From assembly GCA_964354805.1 (NCBI GenBank), contig CAYHBD010000008.1:29169-93168 (forward strand): a stretch of 64,000 bases of DNA. Direction: 5' to 3'. Positions 37,722 through 47,878 of the stretch are shown here, piece after piece. This DNA comes from an uncultured archaeon (GTDB taxonomy: Archaea; Iainarchaeota; Iainarchaeia; Iainarchaeales; GCA-2688035). The position numbers and the translations under genes were made by a program. Position 1 is the stretch's first letter; each line of letters opens with the position of its first letter. The notes under the pieces were generated by a model, which saw only the letters and a program-made list of their open reading frames with translations, was not told the origin of the DNA and did not search any database.

Positions 37722-38393
37722 ATGAAAAGACCGCCGAAAAAAAGAACACCAGCCTGGGCAAAAAAGCCGGAAGGAGAGAGATTAAAGGGCAGTGACTGGG
37801 CTCTTTGGGAGAGGGCGGAAAGGCTGCGGCTGCTTAAAAGAGCAAGGAGCACAACGGGCGTTGGCCCTGTTCGCGGCATGGAAAGGAACCTTAGCGATTA
37901 CAGCCTGCTGTTTGGAGTGAGGTTTAAGGCATTGATTGGAACAAAAGCCACCTTCCTGCAAGGGCGGCCAAAACCAAGAAATGTTGCAGTGCTTGGATTG
38001 GGGGAAGGGCATGGAACTGCAATGAGGGAAATAAAAAGAGCATTCGGCGAAAGGGTTTTTGTGTGCACATTGGATGTTGCAAGAAGAATAAGCAAAAGAG
38101 ACGTGGATGAACCCAGGGTTGGGGACTTTGAGACATTCCCAAACGGGCGCTTTGGCAGAAAATTTGACTTCATTTTCTCGGTTTTCGGACCAACATACTA
38201 CAGCCAGAGACCGCTTTACTTAATTGAGAAAGCCACTGCATTGCTTGAAAAGGACGGGCGCTTTTTCTTCCAAGTCGACAAAATCAATGTGCCTTATGAG
38301 AGTGATGTAATAAAGATTGCTGAAAGAACAGGCTGCACTTACAGGCACGCAGAAACAGGGGACTACTATACATTCGAATTCAAGAAAAAATAG
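37722..38393 (+). CDS. Class I SAM methyltransferase-like protein with basic N-terminal leader
   Basis: VLGLGEGHG, TLDV, GDFE, KFDFIFS, LLEKDGRFFF. Confidence 0.7.
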   Translation: MKRPPKKRTPAWAKKPEGERLKGSDWALWERAERLRLLKRARSTTGVGPVRGMERNLSDYSLLFGVRFKALIGTKATFLQGRPKPRNVAVLGLGEGHGTAMREIKRAFGERVFVCTLDVARRISKRDVDEPRVGDFETFPNGRFGRKFDFIFSVFGPTYYSQRPLYLIEKATALLEKDGRFFFQVDKINVPYESDVIKIAERTGCTYRHAETGDYYTFEFKKK

Positions 38394-38394
38394 C

Positions 38395-39099
38395 TTACTT
38401 TTTGATTACATCCTTCCTTAGCGGCTTTCTCCCGCAGGTTTCCCTTTCAGGGCAGTAACCCAGGCGCTCGCAGATTGGACCGCTGTTTTCAAACAATAGG
38501 GGCGCAGCCTGCTTGCATAACCTGAACATTTCCTCTGCCAATGCCCTTATTTCCCACTGGGCTCTTGCACACAAGCGCCTTTCGAAAAAATTGTAAAGAG
38601 AGCGCGTGTTCATTGTCACAATAATGCGGGTTTCGCATGCATTGGGCAGAACAAACCTGGCATCCTCTGCAGGCGCTGTTTTCAGCAATTCATTGTATGC
38701 TCTCTTGCTTTGCTCTATTGATTCATTGAAAACTTTCATCGCTTCCTTGTTCCCCTTTATTATCGGCGGGATAATGAAGTTGAAGCCTGTTTCCTTTACA
38801 TAGCGTTGCGATTGCTGCGAAAAACTCGCGATTCTGTGTCTTACAAGCTGGTGGGAGCAGGCCCTGGAAATTCCCTCTATTGCAAAAGTGAAGGAAGAAT
38901 GCTCCAAGGGGGAGAGATGGCCTTCCTCAGTAAGCCTTTTGAGCAGCTTTTTAGCGTAATCAGGGCCTACCTTCTTTTTCAGTTCATCAATAGTAATGCC
39001 TGCATAGCACAAGTGGGCTGCCGTCGCAGGCAGCAGGTCAGGCTGCGGTGTTACAGCAATCAATTCAACCTTAAGCTTTGCCTCAGCCAACAAAAACAC
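38395..39099 (-). CDS. thyX: FAD-dependent thymidylate synthase
   Basis: GHLSPLEH, HQLVRHRIASFSQQSQRY, EDARFVLP, AQWEIR. Confidence 0.96.
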   Translation of the reverse strand: MFLLAEAKLKVELIAVTPQPDLLPATAAHLCYAGITIDELKKKVGPDYAKKLLKRLTEEGHLSPLEHSSFTFAIEGISRACSHQLVRHRIASFSQQSQRYVKETGFNFIIPPIIKGNKEAMKVFNESIEQSKRAYNELLKTAPAEDARFVLPNACETRIIVTMNTRSLYNFFERRLCARAQWEIRALAEEMFRLCKQAAPLLFENSGPICERLGYCPERETCGRKPLRKDVIKK

Positions 39100-39155
39100 C
39101 CAATAAAAAGTGGCGGAATTTAATTAAATAACCTTTCTTTGCTTCCCTTTTTACC

Positions 39156-39752
39156 ATGCCAGAGATAAAAGCAGTAATTTTTGACGCAGGCGGAGTGATT
39201 CAGAAAGGAACGGCAAGGCACTATTATGCAGCAGTCTGGAAAAGGTTGTGTTTCAATCCAGCAATCAAAAAAGCAGGCAGGATTCCGCTCTACAAGCAAA
39301 TGAATTCGGGAAAAATCAGCCCAAAGGAAATGCTTGAAAAAATCTACCCAAAAGCAAGCAAAAAACAAAAGAGGGAAATTTTGCTGCTTTGGAAAAAAGC
39401 ATGGCCAACAGACAAAGCAATGGTTGCATTAGTGAAAAAGCTGCGGAAGCAATACATTGTTTCAATGATTTCAAACAGCGACCCAATCCACGAGAAAAGA
39501 GTGCGAAAAGAGGGCGTCCTGCAATTGTTCAAAAAGCCATTGCTAAGCCACAAGGTTGGCCTCATAAAGCCGGATAAAAAAATTTTCGTTCTCGCGCTGA
39601 AAAGGCTTGGCTTGAAAGCGCCTGAATGCGTTTTCATTGATGACACAAAAAGAAACACGGCGGCTGCAAAAAAGCTCGGATTCAAAGCGATTCATTTCAA
39701 GAACAGGTGGCAATGCGAAAGGGAATTAAAAAGCTTGGGCATTAAATTCTAA
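39156..39752 (+). CDS. HAD family phosphatase
   Basis: VIFDAGGV, ISNS, KPDKKIF, FIDD. Confidence 0.88.
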   Translation: MPEIKAVIFDAGGVIQKGTARHYYAAVWKRLCFNPAIKKAGRIPLYKQMNSGKISPKEMLEKIYPKASKKQKREILLLWKKAWPTDKAMVALVKKLRKQYIVSMISNSDPIHEKRVRKEGVLQLFKKPLLSHKVGLIKPDKKIFVLALKRLGLKAPECVFIDDTKRNTAAAKKLGFKAIHFKNRWQCERELKSLGIKF

Positions 39753-39756
39753 TTGA

Positions 39757-40398
39757 ATGCAAACAAAATTAATGAAAGAAATAGAGAAGATTGCAAGAAC
39801 CTATTTCCCAAGGCAAGGACACCACGGGTTTGACCACACGCTCAGAGTGCGCAGGCTTGCAATGCAAATAGGCAAAGCTGAAGGGGCAGATTTGCAGATA
39901 GTTGAGGCAGCAGCCTTGCTGCACGACATAGCAAGGGAGAAAGAGGACAAGGGAGAAATAGGATGCCATGCAGCGCACGGCTCGGCAGAGGCAGCAAAAA
40001 TTCTCGCAGAATGCGGCTTTCCAAAAGAAAAAATTCAGGCAGTACAGCACTGCATTGCAGTCCACAGGGCAAGCAAGCACTTGAAAGCTGAAACAATTGA
40101 AGCAAAAATACTGCAGGATGCCGACAGGCTGGATGTAATCGGAGCAATAGGGGTTGCAAGGGTTTTCCACAGGAGCGGCGCAATGGGCAGAGAAATGTAT
40201 AATCCAACAGGAAACCCAAACACAGAATACTGGGGCCAACACGAAGCAGCGATAAACAACCTGATTAGGAAAAGCATCAATCTCCTCAAGCCAGAGAACT
40301 TCAATACAAAAACAGCGCAGAGAATTGCAAAAGGAAGGCATGGCTTCCTGAAAGAATTCGTTGAAAGGTTCATTGCGGAATGGAACGGTGAAAAATGA
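39757..40398 (+). CDS. HD domain phosphohydrolase
   Basis: HGFDHTLRV, ALLHDI, QDADRLDVIGAIG. Confidence 0.92.
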   Translation: MQTKLMKEIEKIARTYFPRQGHHGFDHTLRVRRLAMQIGKAEGADLQIVEAAALLHDIAREKEDKGEIGCHAAHGSAEAAKILAECGFPKEKIQAVQHCIAVHRASKHLKAETIEAKILQDADRLDVIGAIGVARVFHRSGAMGREMYNPTGNPNTEYWGQHEAAINNLIRKSINLLKPENFNTKTAQRIAKGRHGFLKEFVERFIAEWNGEK

Positions 40399-41040
40399 AT
40401 GCACGCAAGAATTCCGCCGCCGCGATACAAAAACCTGCCGAGACATGGGAAATATGCAGGCACACCAATGAGGCTGGACCCGGCTGAAAGGAAAATGATT
40501 GGGGTAACCGGCCCTATAAGAAAATATGTTGACAGATTCCAGGCAGAAAGCCAGCTGCAGAGGGCGAGGAAAATTGTTGCAAACATAAAAAAATTCAAAA
40601 AGGTCAGGCTGCATTTGGTTCAAGCAAAACGCTTGTGGGCGAAAAGAAGCGCAACCGACATCATAACATCGAGGAAAGTTTATGTTGTTGCCCCAACCGA
40701 AACAATCGACGCAAAGATGCCAGTGCTGAGGGGCTGCACTGACCTGGCGGTGGCAGTAACAGCTGCCTTGAGGGCAATCGGCTTGAAGGCATGGATTGCA
40801 AGAATGGGCGCGCACACTTACACAAAGTTTGTTTACAGAAAGAAGGTTTTCATCGCGGACGCATATGAGCTAAAAAGGGTAGGCCCAAGAAGGGCGCGCA
40901 AAAGGCACTCTGTGAGAAGAATGGGCAGGCCTGACAGGATCATTGAAAACAGTCACAGGACGGACAAATCTTTTGCTGAAGGGAAAAGCCTTGCGGAGAT
41001 TGGAATAAAATCATTCAATGATTTCTGCAAATATTACTGA
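40399..41040 (+). CDS. Transglutaminase-like (Cys-His-Asp) protein with basic leader
   Basis: GCTDLAVAVTAALRAIGLKA...AHTY...FIAD. Confidence 0.6.
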   Translation: MHARIPPPRYKNLPRHGKYAGTPMRLDPAERKMIGVTGPIRKYVDRFQAESQLQRARKIVANIKKFKKVRLHLVQAKRLWAKRSATDIITSRKVYVVAPTETIDAKMPVLRGCTDLAVAVTAALRAIGLKAWIARMGAHTYTKFVYRKKVFIADAYELKRVGPRRARKRHSVRRMGRPDRIIENSHRTDKSFAEGKSLAEIGIKSFNDFCKYY

Positions 41041-41067
41041 GTTAGAGAGCGGAATGGTGAGCAACGC

Positions 41068-41595
41068 ATGCGCAAAGCAGCAGCAGAACCAATAGTAAAG
41101 CCAAGGCAGACACTGCGGGATGTTTTTAGGAGGGACGCGTTCAGCAGGAGCAAGAGAAAGGGGCTTACCGGAAAGAAAACATTTGAGAGAAAGGTTGATG
41201 CAATGATTGCCCAGATTGAAAAGCATTCAGCACAGAACCCGCTTCGAATTGGAAGGCAGAGGGGCCCGATAAAAACAGAACAACAGGCGCTTGCAATAAG
41301 GGACATTATCCAGGCTGCACTCTTTAGAAGAAAACTGCTGCGCAAACCAAGGGCAGCAGCAATGCTCGCCGAAAGAATGAAAAGCACAAAATACGCCGCA
41401 TACTTTGCACGCATTGCCAAAGAAGCGGCAAAAAGAGCGGAGAGAAAAAAGATGAAAAAAATAATTGCAGCAAAAAAACCAAGGGGGCCGGAGCAAGAAA
41501 AACAAACCAAAATAATTGCAGCAATCGCTGCAAGAAGACGGGGCATCATGGAAGCGGGCAGGCAGTGGGCTGCGAAAGGGAAAAAACAATATTGA
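41068..41595 (+). CDS. Very basic helical hypothetical protein
   Basis: GGTGA RBS, 175-aa K/R/A-rich ORF. Confidence 0.6.
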   Translation: MRKAAAEPIVKPRQTLRDVFRRDAFSRSKRKGLTGKKTFERKVDAMIAQIEKHSAQNPLRIGRQRGPIKTEQQALAIRDIIQAALFRRKLLRKPRAAAMLAERMKSTKYAAYFARIAKEAAKRAERKKMKKIIAAKKPRGPEQEKQTKIIAAIAARRRGIMEAGRQWAAKGKKQY

Positions 41596-41740
41596 CGAAT
41601 TTCACTGAAAGAACGAAAATAGGGTAAACGAATTTCACCCAATTTGATTGGTTTAAAAAGGCAGTTCCTTTTTTGCGTTGGCCTCAATTGCAACCAAGAA
41701 CCAGATTGTATTTTAATCAATTAAAGCAATATTTTAAATC

Positions 41741-42616
41741 ATGAGCTTAAGGAAAATGCCGGAAAAAGGAGGCAGGGCAGAGAAAGCCTATTGGAGAAGG
41801 GCAAGAGCTGATTTCAAGAGGCGCTTTCCGGAAGCAGCACTGCAAAGAGACACGGTTGAAAAAATAGCCAAGCAATTAATTCCCTTGCTGAACCAGTGGA
41901 AAAAAGCGAAGAAAAATGCGGCAAATTCTTGGCAACAGCTTGAAAACTACCTGCTGAACACCCCGCCCGAAAAAACCAACCAAAAGCGATTTAAGAGGCT
42001 TCTGGATAGCGCGCAAATGCGAAGTATTCGGGCGATTGGAAACGAGCAGAGCTTTTTTGAAGCAAGGGAAACCCTGAAGCGCTATCTCATGGGCATAACC
42101 GATTTCGAAGCACAGCAAACAACAGCAGCATTAGAATACGGCAAATTCAGCATTGTGGTTGAAAAAGAGTTTTACGGAAACATCAGAAGGTTGGCTGATA
42201 CAAGGCTTTTGAAGGCGTTTGCAGATCGGATAGCAAGAATGAACATATCGAAAGATGTGAGATACAATGTCCTCAGGCAAAACGTTTCAGACCTGCTGAA
42301 AGCATCTGAATACACAAACAGGGGTATTAATGAATATTTGGGCAACCTAAGATACGCGTATGATTTTGGGCACATAAAACGGGAAAGATATTATGTAAAT
42401 CTCCTTATGAGCGAGATTACAATTACACAACACGCGGGCAACATTGCGGAAGCAGAGGAAAGCCTGTACAGCTACCTGCGCAGGTATGCAAAAAATGCGC
42501 GGTTGAGCCTCTTCCTTGCCACGCTTGCAAGGGAAAGAAAAGCGGAAAGAGGGCATTTCGCAAAAAAAGAAAAAAACTTGATAGCCGAGATTTCAAAATT
42601 CAAAGGGGCCTATTAA
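41741..42616 (+). CDS. Basic helical hypothetical protein
   Basis: 291-aa ORF with an AT-rich upstream region. Confidence 0.7.
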   Translation: MSLRKMPEKGGRAEKAYWRRARADFKRRFPEAALQRDTVEKIAKQLIPLLNQWKKAKKNAANSWQQLENYLLNTPPEKTNQKRFKRLLDSAQMRSIRAIGNEQSFFEARETLKRYLMGITDFEAQQTTAALEYGKFSIVVEKEFYGNIRRLADTRLLKAFADRIARMNISKDVRYNVLRQNVSDLLKASEYTNRGINEYLGNLRYAYDFGHIKRERYYVNLLMSEITITQHAGNIAEAEESLYSYLRRYAKNARLSLFLATLARERKAERGHFAKKEKNLIAEISKFKGAY

Positions 42617-42648
42617 ACGAATTTCGTCCAATTTGGTTAGTTTTTAAA
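42617..42648 (+). promoter_or_regulatory. Putative lysC promoter: palindrome plus TATA-like box
   Basis: ACGAA-T-TTCGT (42617-42627), then TTTTTAAA (42641-42648) about 25 bp before the ATG. Confidence 0.45.
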
Positions 42649-42672
42649 TCATTTCCGCACCATAGGTTCTGA

Positions 42673-44046
42673 ATGCTTACTGTAATGAAGTTCGGCGGAA
42701 GCATTCTGTGCAAGGAAAGCGAATTGCACACTTTGGCTGATGTTGTGAAAAAGCGTGCCAAAAAGGAAAAAATTGTTATTGTTGCATCCGCGCTAAAGGG
42801 GATAACTGATTCTCTCATTAATGCAGCAGGCGCATGCCTTGAGAGCAGCGATGGCATTGAAAGTGCTATTGCAGCAATCAGGGAAAAGCATTTTGAAATA
42901 ATTAAAGGAATCAAAGACAGCAAAATAAGGGAAAATGTGGAGAAAACACTGCTCAAAAAGCTTACTCTGCTTGAAAGGGCATTGTACGGAATCTCCTATC
43001 TGAAAGAGTTGTCGCCGCGCTCGCTTGACCTGGTGCAGACGCTTGGGGAAAGGCTGAGCGTGCTGCTGTTGGAAGCTTATCTGCAGGATAATGGAATAGG
43101 CGCGGTTGCGCTTGATGATGCCTGCATTGTAACAAACAGCAGTTTTGGACAAGGGCTGCCGATGATGCAGGAAACAAAAGAAGAGCTTGGAAAAAGAGTA
43201 GGAGAAATTCTGCAGAAAAGCGTTGTTATTTTGCCGGGCTTTTTTGGAACGGATAAAAAGGGGAACATTGTGAGCTTTGGAAGGGGCGGCAGCGATTTCT
43301 CGGCTGCAATTATTGCTGCAGCGCTTGAAGCAGATGCGCTTGAGCTTTGGAAGGATGTGGACGGCTTTTTGAGTGCCGACCCGAAGATTGTAAACGGCGC
43401 AAGGCTTTTGTCTAACCTGAGCTATGACGAGGCGGAAGAGCTTGGTTATTTCGGAGCAAAAATAATGTACCCAAAAACAGTCCTGCCCCTGCGGGAAAAG
43501 GGCATTCCGATAATTGTGAAAAACATTCTGGCGCCGGAAAAAATCGGCACTGTTGTTAGCAAGGAAAAACACAGGCATGAAACAATAATCAAGTCAATCG
43601 CTGTCAAAAGAAGCATTGCCTGCGTTACACTAAGAAGCCCGGCTTTTGTTGGGCAGGCAGGCGTATTGCACAAGATTTTTTCGGCAATGGCAAACGCCTG
43701 CGTTAACGTTGACCTTGTTACAACAAGCGAAACAGGGGTTTCTTTCACAATAGATGAAAGCGATTTGCAGGCAGCGAAAGAAGCTGTTCCCTCAATAGAT
43801 TTGGTTTTGGAAGAGATAAACTTTGACCGAGATGTTGCAATGGTTGGCGTTGTTGGAGAAGGCCTCAAGAGAACGCCGGGAGTGGCGGCAAAAATATTCA
43901 ACTGCCTGGGAAAACACGGCATAAACGCTGAAATGATTAGCTCGGGGAGCAGCGAAATAAGCCTTTCATTCATAATAAGGGAAAGCGATTTGGAAAAAAC
44001 AGTGAAAGTGCTGCACGATGAATTAAGGGGGCATGACCTGAAATGA
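42673..44046 (+). CDS. lysC: Aspartate kinase
   Basis: VMKFGGS, GRGGSDFSA, WKDVDG..SADP, two ACT domains. Confidence 0.95.
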   Translation: MLTVMKFGGSILCKESELHTLADVVKKRAKKEKIVIVASALKGITDSLINAAGACLESSDGIESAIAAIREKHFEIIKGIKDSKIRENVEKTLLKKLTLLERALYGISYLKELSPRSLDLVQTLGERLSVLLLEAYLQDNGIGAVALDDACIVTNSSFGQGLPMMQETKEELGKRVGEILQKSVVILPGFFGTDKKGNIVSFGRGGSDFSAAIIAAALEADALELWKDVDGFLSADPKIVNGARLLSNLSYDEAEELGYFGAKIMYPKTVLPLREKGIPIIVKNILAPEKIGTVVSKEKHRHETIIKSIAVKRSIACVTLRSPAFVGQAGVLHKIFSAMANACVNVDLVTTSETGVSFTIDESDLQAAKEAVPSIDLVLEEINFDRDVAMVGVVGEGLKRTPGVAAKIFNCLGKHGINAEMISSGSSEISLSFIIRESDLEKTVKVLHDELRGHDLK

Positions 44047-44092
44047 AAAACACAAAAGTCGGCATCCTTGGAAATGCCGAGGGGGCAACAGC

Positions 44093-45145
44093 ATGAAAAA
44101 GATAAAGGTTGGCGTTCTTGGGGCAACAGGCATGGTTGGGCAGCGCTTTGTGCAGCTGCTTGAGCAGCATCCCTGGTTTGAGGTAAGCGAGGTTGCGGCA
44201 AGCGAGAGAAGCGCCGGAAAAAGCTATTCTGATGCGCTTGAAGGCAGATGGAAGCAGCCCGTGCCAGTGCCGGAAAGAGTTGCAGGCATGACAGTAAAGG
44301 AATGCAAGCCAGGATTGGATTGCGAGCTTGTTTTTGGAGCATTGGACAGCAACGTTGCAGGGCCGATTGAAGAGGATTTTGCAAAAGCAGGGTATGCAGT
44401 TAGCAGCAACAGCAAAAACCACAGAATGGATGCAGATGTTCCACTGCTGATTCCGGAAATAAATTCCGAACACATTGCGCTAATTGATTTGCAGAGAAAG
44501 CACTGGGGCGGAAAGGGATTCATTGTAACAAACCCGAACTGCACTCTCACAGGGCCTACAATGGCAATGAAAGCATTGGATGATGCTTTCGGCATTGAAA
44601 AAGCAATGATTGTTTCAATGCAGGCAATAAGCGGGGCAGGCTATCCCGGGGTTGCCTCATGGGACATTGTGGATAACATACTTCCATTCATTTCAGGGGA
44701 AGAGGAAAAAGTGGAAACAGAGCCACTGAAAATTCTGGGAAAATTTAAGGGAGACAAGATTGAGTTTGCCCCAATTAAAATAAGCGCTGCTTGCAACAGG
44801 GTTGCGGTAAGGGACGGCCATACCTGCTGTGTTTCGGTTCAATTGCGGAAGAAAGCAGGCATTGAGGAAGCAATTGGCGCAATGCAGCAATTCAGGGGAG
44901 AACCGCAAGCGCTTAAATTGCCGAGCGCTCCAGCACAGCCGATCGTTGTAAGAAAAGAGCAGGACAGGCCACAGCCATTGCTTGACAGGGAAGAAGGAAA
45001 AGGGATGAGCGCTGTTGTAGGCAGGGTTAGGCATTGCAATGTTTTTGACCTGAAATTCACTGTTTTAAGCCACAACACGATCAGGGGAGCAGCAGGCTGC
45101 GCAATACTGAATGCGGAACTATTAAAAGCAAAAAAGTACATCTAG
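44093..45145 (+). CDS. asd: Aspartate-semialdehyde dehydrogenase (archaeal/fungal type)
   Basis: VLGATGMVGQ, TNPNCT, QAISGAG, SHNTIRGAAG. Confidence 0.96.
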   Translation: MKKIKVGVLGATGMVGQRFVQLLEQHPWFEVSEVAASERSAGKSYSDALEGRWKQPVPVPERVAGMTVKECKPGLDCELVFGALDSNVAGPIEEDFAKAGYAVSSNSKNHRMDADVPLLIPEINSEHIALIDLQRKHWGGKGFIVTNPNCTLTGPTMAMKALDDAFGIEKAMIVSMQAISGAGYPGVASWDIVDNILPFISGEEEKVETEPLKILGKFKGDKIEFAPIKISAACNRVAVRDGHTCCVSVQLRKKAGIEEAIGAMQQFRGEPQALKLPSAPAQPIVVRKEQDRPQPLLDREEGKGMSAVVGRVRHCNVFDLKFTVLSHNTIRGAAGCAILNAELLKAKKYI

Positions 45146-45157
45146 CTTTTTGGAATT

Positions 45158-45361
45158 TTAATTTTTTGCCGGCCAGGCTTTTTCAAGATTTTTTAATCCC
45201 TGCAGGTAATGCTCTTTTGTCATCTGGTTTTTTACTCCCTGCTCTGCAAGTTTGTCCATCATTTCACTTATTGTTATGCCTGCTTTTTCTGCAGCTCTGC
45301 CTATGCTTATTTTTCCGTTTTTGTATTGTTCAATTGCCTTTTGCAGCCTTCCTTTTTCCAT
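45158..45361 (-). CDS. UPF0175-like antitoxin, possibly 5'-truncated
   Basis: AIEQYKNGKISIGRAAEKAGI; no adjacent PIN toxin. Confidence 0.7.
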   Translation of the reverse strand: MEKGRLQKAIEQYKNGKISIGRAAEKAGITISEMMDKLAEQGVKNQMTKEHYLQGLKNLEKAWPAKN

Positions 45362-45461
45362 AATATATTAACTTCTTAGCATCATCAATTAAATTTTACT
45401 TTAAGCCCCTTATTTGCCAAATTGGTTATCTTAAAAAGGATTTAACTATCTAATTTTGATT

Positions 45462-46208
45462 ATGGGCATTATTGCGTTAACAGGCCATTTTGAAAGGCAA
45501 AAAGTGAAAAGGATTGCTGAAAAAGCAAAGCGGATTCTGCAGCTGCTTGGGGCACAATGCATTGCAGCTGACATAAAGAAAAAGAAATTCAATGCAAAAA
45601 ACGTTTCACTTGTTATAGCAGTCGGCGGCGACGGAACCCTGCTGCGAACAGTCAGGGAGCTAAGGGAACAAAAGCCGGTTGCTGGAATTGCCGCAGGAGA
45701 GCAGTGCGCTTTAATGCAAATAAAGCCAATGCAAATGCGGAAAGCGCTGCAGAAAATTGTTGAAGGAAAATATGCGGTGCAAAAAAGGCTGCGCTTGCAG
45801 GCAAGCGCGGATGGAAAAAAATTGCCGCCAGCATTGAATGAGGTAATGCTTTTGAACAAGAAAAGCGGTGCAATAATTGATTATTGCCTGCGGGTGAATG
45901 TAAAAAAAATTTACTATTGCAGGGCTGACGGCTGCATTGTTGCCACTCCCACTGGAAGCAGCGGGCATGCTTTCAGCGCAGGCGGAAAAAAACTCCCTGC
46001 AGGGAGCAGCAAAATTGCAATAGTGCCAAGCAATCCATTGAACAGGACTGTGAAAGCAATTTATGTGAATGGGAGCAGCAGAATTGCTTTGGGCGGATTC
46101 AATTCAAAACAAGGCTGTGAAGTGGTTTTGGACGGGCAGCCGCGCTTTTCAGTGAAAAAAAAGCTGCTGGTGAAAAGGGGAAAAGACGCGATTTTTTTGA
46201 AGATTTGA
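45462..46208 (+). CDS. nadK: NAD kinase
   Basis: VGGDGTLL, ALNE, ADG.IVATPTGSSGHAFSAGG. Confidence 0.9.
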   Translation: MGIIALTGHFERQKVKRIAEKAKRILQLLGAQCIAADIKKKKFNAKNVSLVIAVGGDGTLLRTVRELREQKPVAGIAAGEQCALMQIKPMQMRKALQKIVEGKYAVQKRLRLQASADGKKLPPALNEVMLLNKKSGAIIDYCLRVNVKKIYYCRADGCIVATPTGSSGHAFSAGGKKLPAGSSKIAIVPSNPLNRTVKAIYVNGSSRIALGGFNSKQGCEVVLDGQPRFSVKKKLLVKRGKDAIFLKI

Positions 46209-46237
46209 AAGAAATTGGGGAATTAATCCATTAAAAA

Positions 46238-46663
46238 TTAAACTCCACTTATTTGAAGGCCATTGCATTTTATACTTCGCTTTGTTTGAGCAGGGACGCT
46301 TAAAACACGGGTTTCTTTTGTTTTAATGTCAACCTCCACAAAATACACCCCAACCGGGCCTTTTTCATAGCAATCTTTAAAGGATTCATCGGTTTTAAGG
46401 CAAACAAACACCCCCGTGATATACGTGCTAGTTCCCTCTACTCCAAGTGGCTCATCCTGGGGGGAGGGAATCATTAATTTTATGCTCTCTTCCAAACAGG
46501 TTTTTGAATCAGAGTCAATCCACACTTCATAAATATGCTTTTCAGTGGCTGCCAATGCAAGCGAATTGATTTCATCTTTATTAACTTGTTGAGCACACCC
46601 ACTCATTACAACAACCAAAAGCAAAGAGCAAATTAACAAAATTGTTTTTTCCATTTTTTTCAC
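46238..46663 (-). CDS. Putative lipoprotein
   Basis: Basic N-terminus, hydrophobic stretch, MSG-C lipobox. Confidence 0.65.
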   Translation of the reverse strand: MKKMEKTILLICSLLLVVVMSGCAQQVNKDEINSLALAATEKHIYEVWIDSDSKTCLEESIKLMIPSPQDEPLGVEGTSTYITGVFVCLKTDESFKDCYEKGPVGVYFVEVDIKTKETRVLSVPAQTKRSIKCNGLQISGV

Positions 46664-46749
46664 ATAATCCTTGTAGATTTAACTTATATTTAAATCATTT
46701 CAAGAGATATTATTAAATAAGTTAAATTGAACTAATCTGTTTGGCTGAT

Positions 46750-47817
46750 ATGATGGAAATAGAGGCATACTTAGAGAAGAAAAAGCCCCTGATTGACAGG
46801 GAAATTGAAAAAGTGCTGCCCAGGGAAATTTCGCAGAAATGGCTGGAGCACGCGCTTGGAAAAGCCGCATTTGTATATGATGCTGAAACAATCGGCAAGA
46901 GCATGGCTGAGCCAATCTGGGAATACCTGGACAGGGGTGGAAAAAGATGGAGACCTGCCTTGGTGATGCTTTGCTGTGAAGCTGTTGGTGGAAAAGAAAA
47001 AGAAGCGCTGGCTTTTGCCCCCTTGATTGAATTAGTGCATAACGGGACAATAATGATTGACGACATTGAGGATGATTCAAAGGAGAGAAGGGGAAAGCCG
47101 TGCACGCACTTATTGTATGGCACAGATATTGCGTGCAATGATTCAAACGCTCTTTACTTCCTTGGATTGATTGCACTTTACAGAAACACACATAAACTTG
47201 GACAAGAAAAGCTGAACAGGATTTACAACCTTTATGCAGAGGAAATGCTACGCGTTTGCACTGGCCAATCAATGGATATTTTATGGCACAAGGGAAAAAA
47301 GGCAGACATAACAGAGCAGCATTACTTGCAAATGGTTGTTTACAAAACAGGCGTGCTTGCAAGGTTTGCCGCAAAGCTCGGCGCAATTCTTGGTAGTGCT
47401 ACACAGAAGCAGATTGATGCAGTGGGTAAATTCGGGGAAGCCCTTGGGGTTGGCTTCCAAATCCAGGATGATATTCTGGAGCTGACTGACGAAGAATTCA
47501 AGAAGGGAAAGGGCAGCGCTGGCGGGGACATTCACGAGGGAAAGAGGACACTGCTTGTGATAAAAACACTGGAGAAAGCAAGCGCTGCTGACAGAAAGCG
47601 GTTGCTTGAAATACTTGATTCGCATCCAACAGATGCTGAAACAATAAATGAGGCAATTGTGCTGATAAAAAAATACGGCGCGATCGAGTACGCTGCAAAG
47701 AAAGCAAATGCAATTGTTGAAAGCGCTTGGAAAAAAATTGATTCAGCACTGCCAGAAAGCAAAGCAAAGGAACTGCTACATAACTTGGCTTTGTATTGCA
47801 CCGCAAGGAAAATATGA
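46750..47817 (+). CDS. trans-prenyl diphosphate synthase (GGPP synthase-like)
   Basis: GGKRWRP, DDIEDDSKERRG, GQSMD, KTG, FQIQDD, DIHEGKRT. Confidence 0.93.
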   Translation: MMEIEAYLEKKKPLIDREIEKVLPREISQKWLEHALGKAAFVYDAETIGKSMAEPIWEYLDRGGKRWRPALVMLCCEAVGGKEKEALAFAPLIELVHNGTIMIDDIEDDSKERRGKPCTHLLYGTDIACNDSNALYFLGLIALYRNTHKLGQEKLNRIYNLYAEEMLRVCTGQSMDILWHKGKKADITEQHYLQMVVYKTGVLARFAAKLGAILGSATQKQIDAVGKFGEALGVGFQIQDDILELTDEEFKKGKGSAGGDIHEGKRTLLVIKTLEKASAADRKRLLEILDSHPTDAETINEAIVLIKKYGAIEYAAKKANAIVESAWKKIDSALPESKAKELLHNLALYCTARKI

Positions 47818-47878
47818 CCGAGTTTTAATTGTCGGGTTTTTATATTTCTTTTTGCATAATAAGTTATTGGTGTGAATT

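Noticed and set aside
39769-40815. Long antisense ORFs (also 21838..22740, 43446..44384, 15221..15949 and others)
   Set aside because: Shadows of well-supported genes on the opposite strand, with no recognisable motifs
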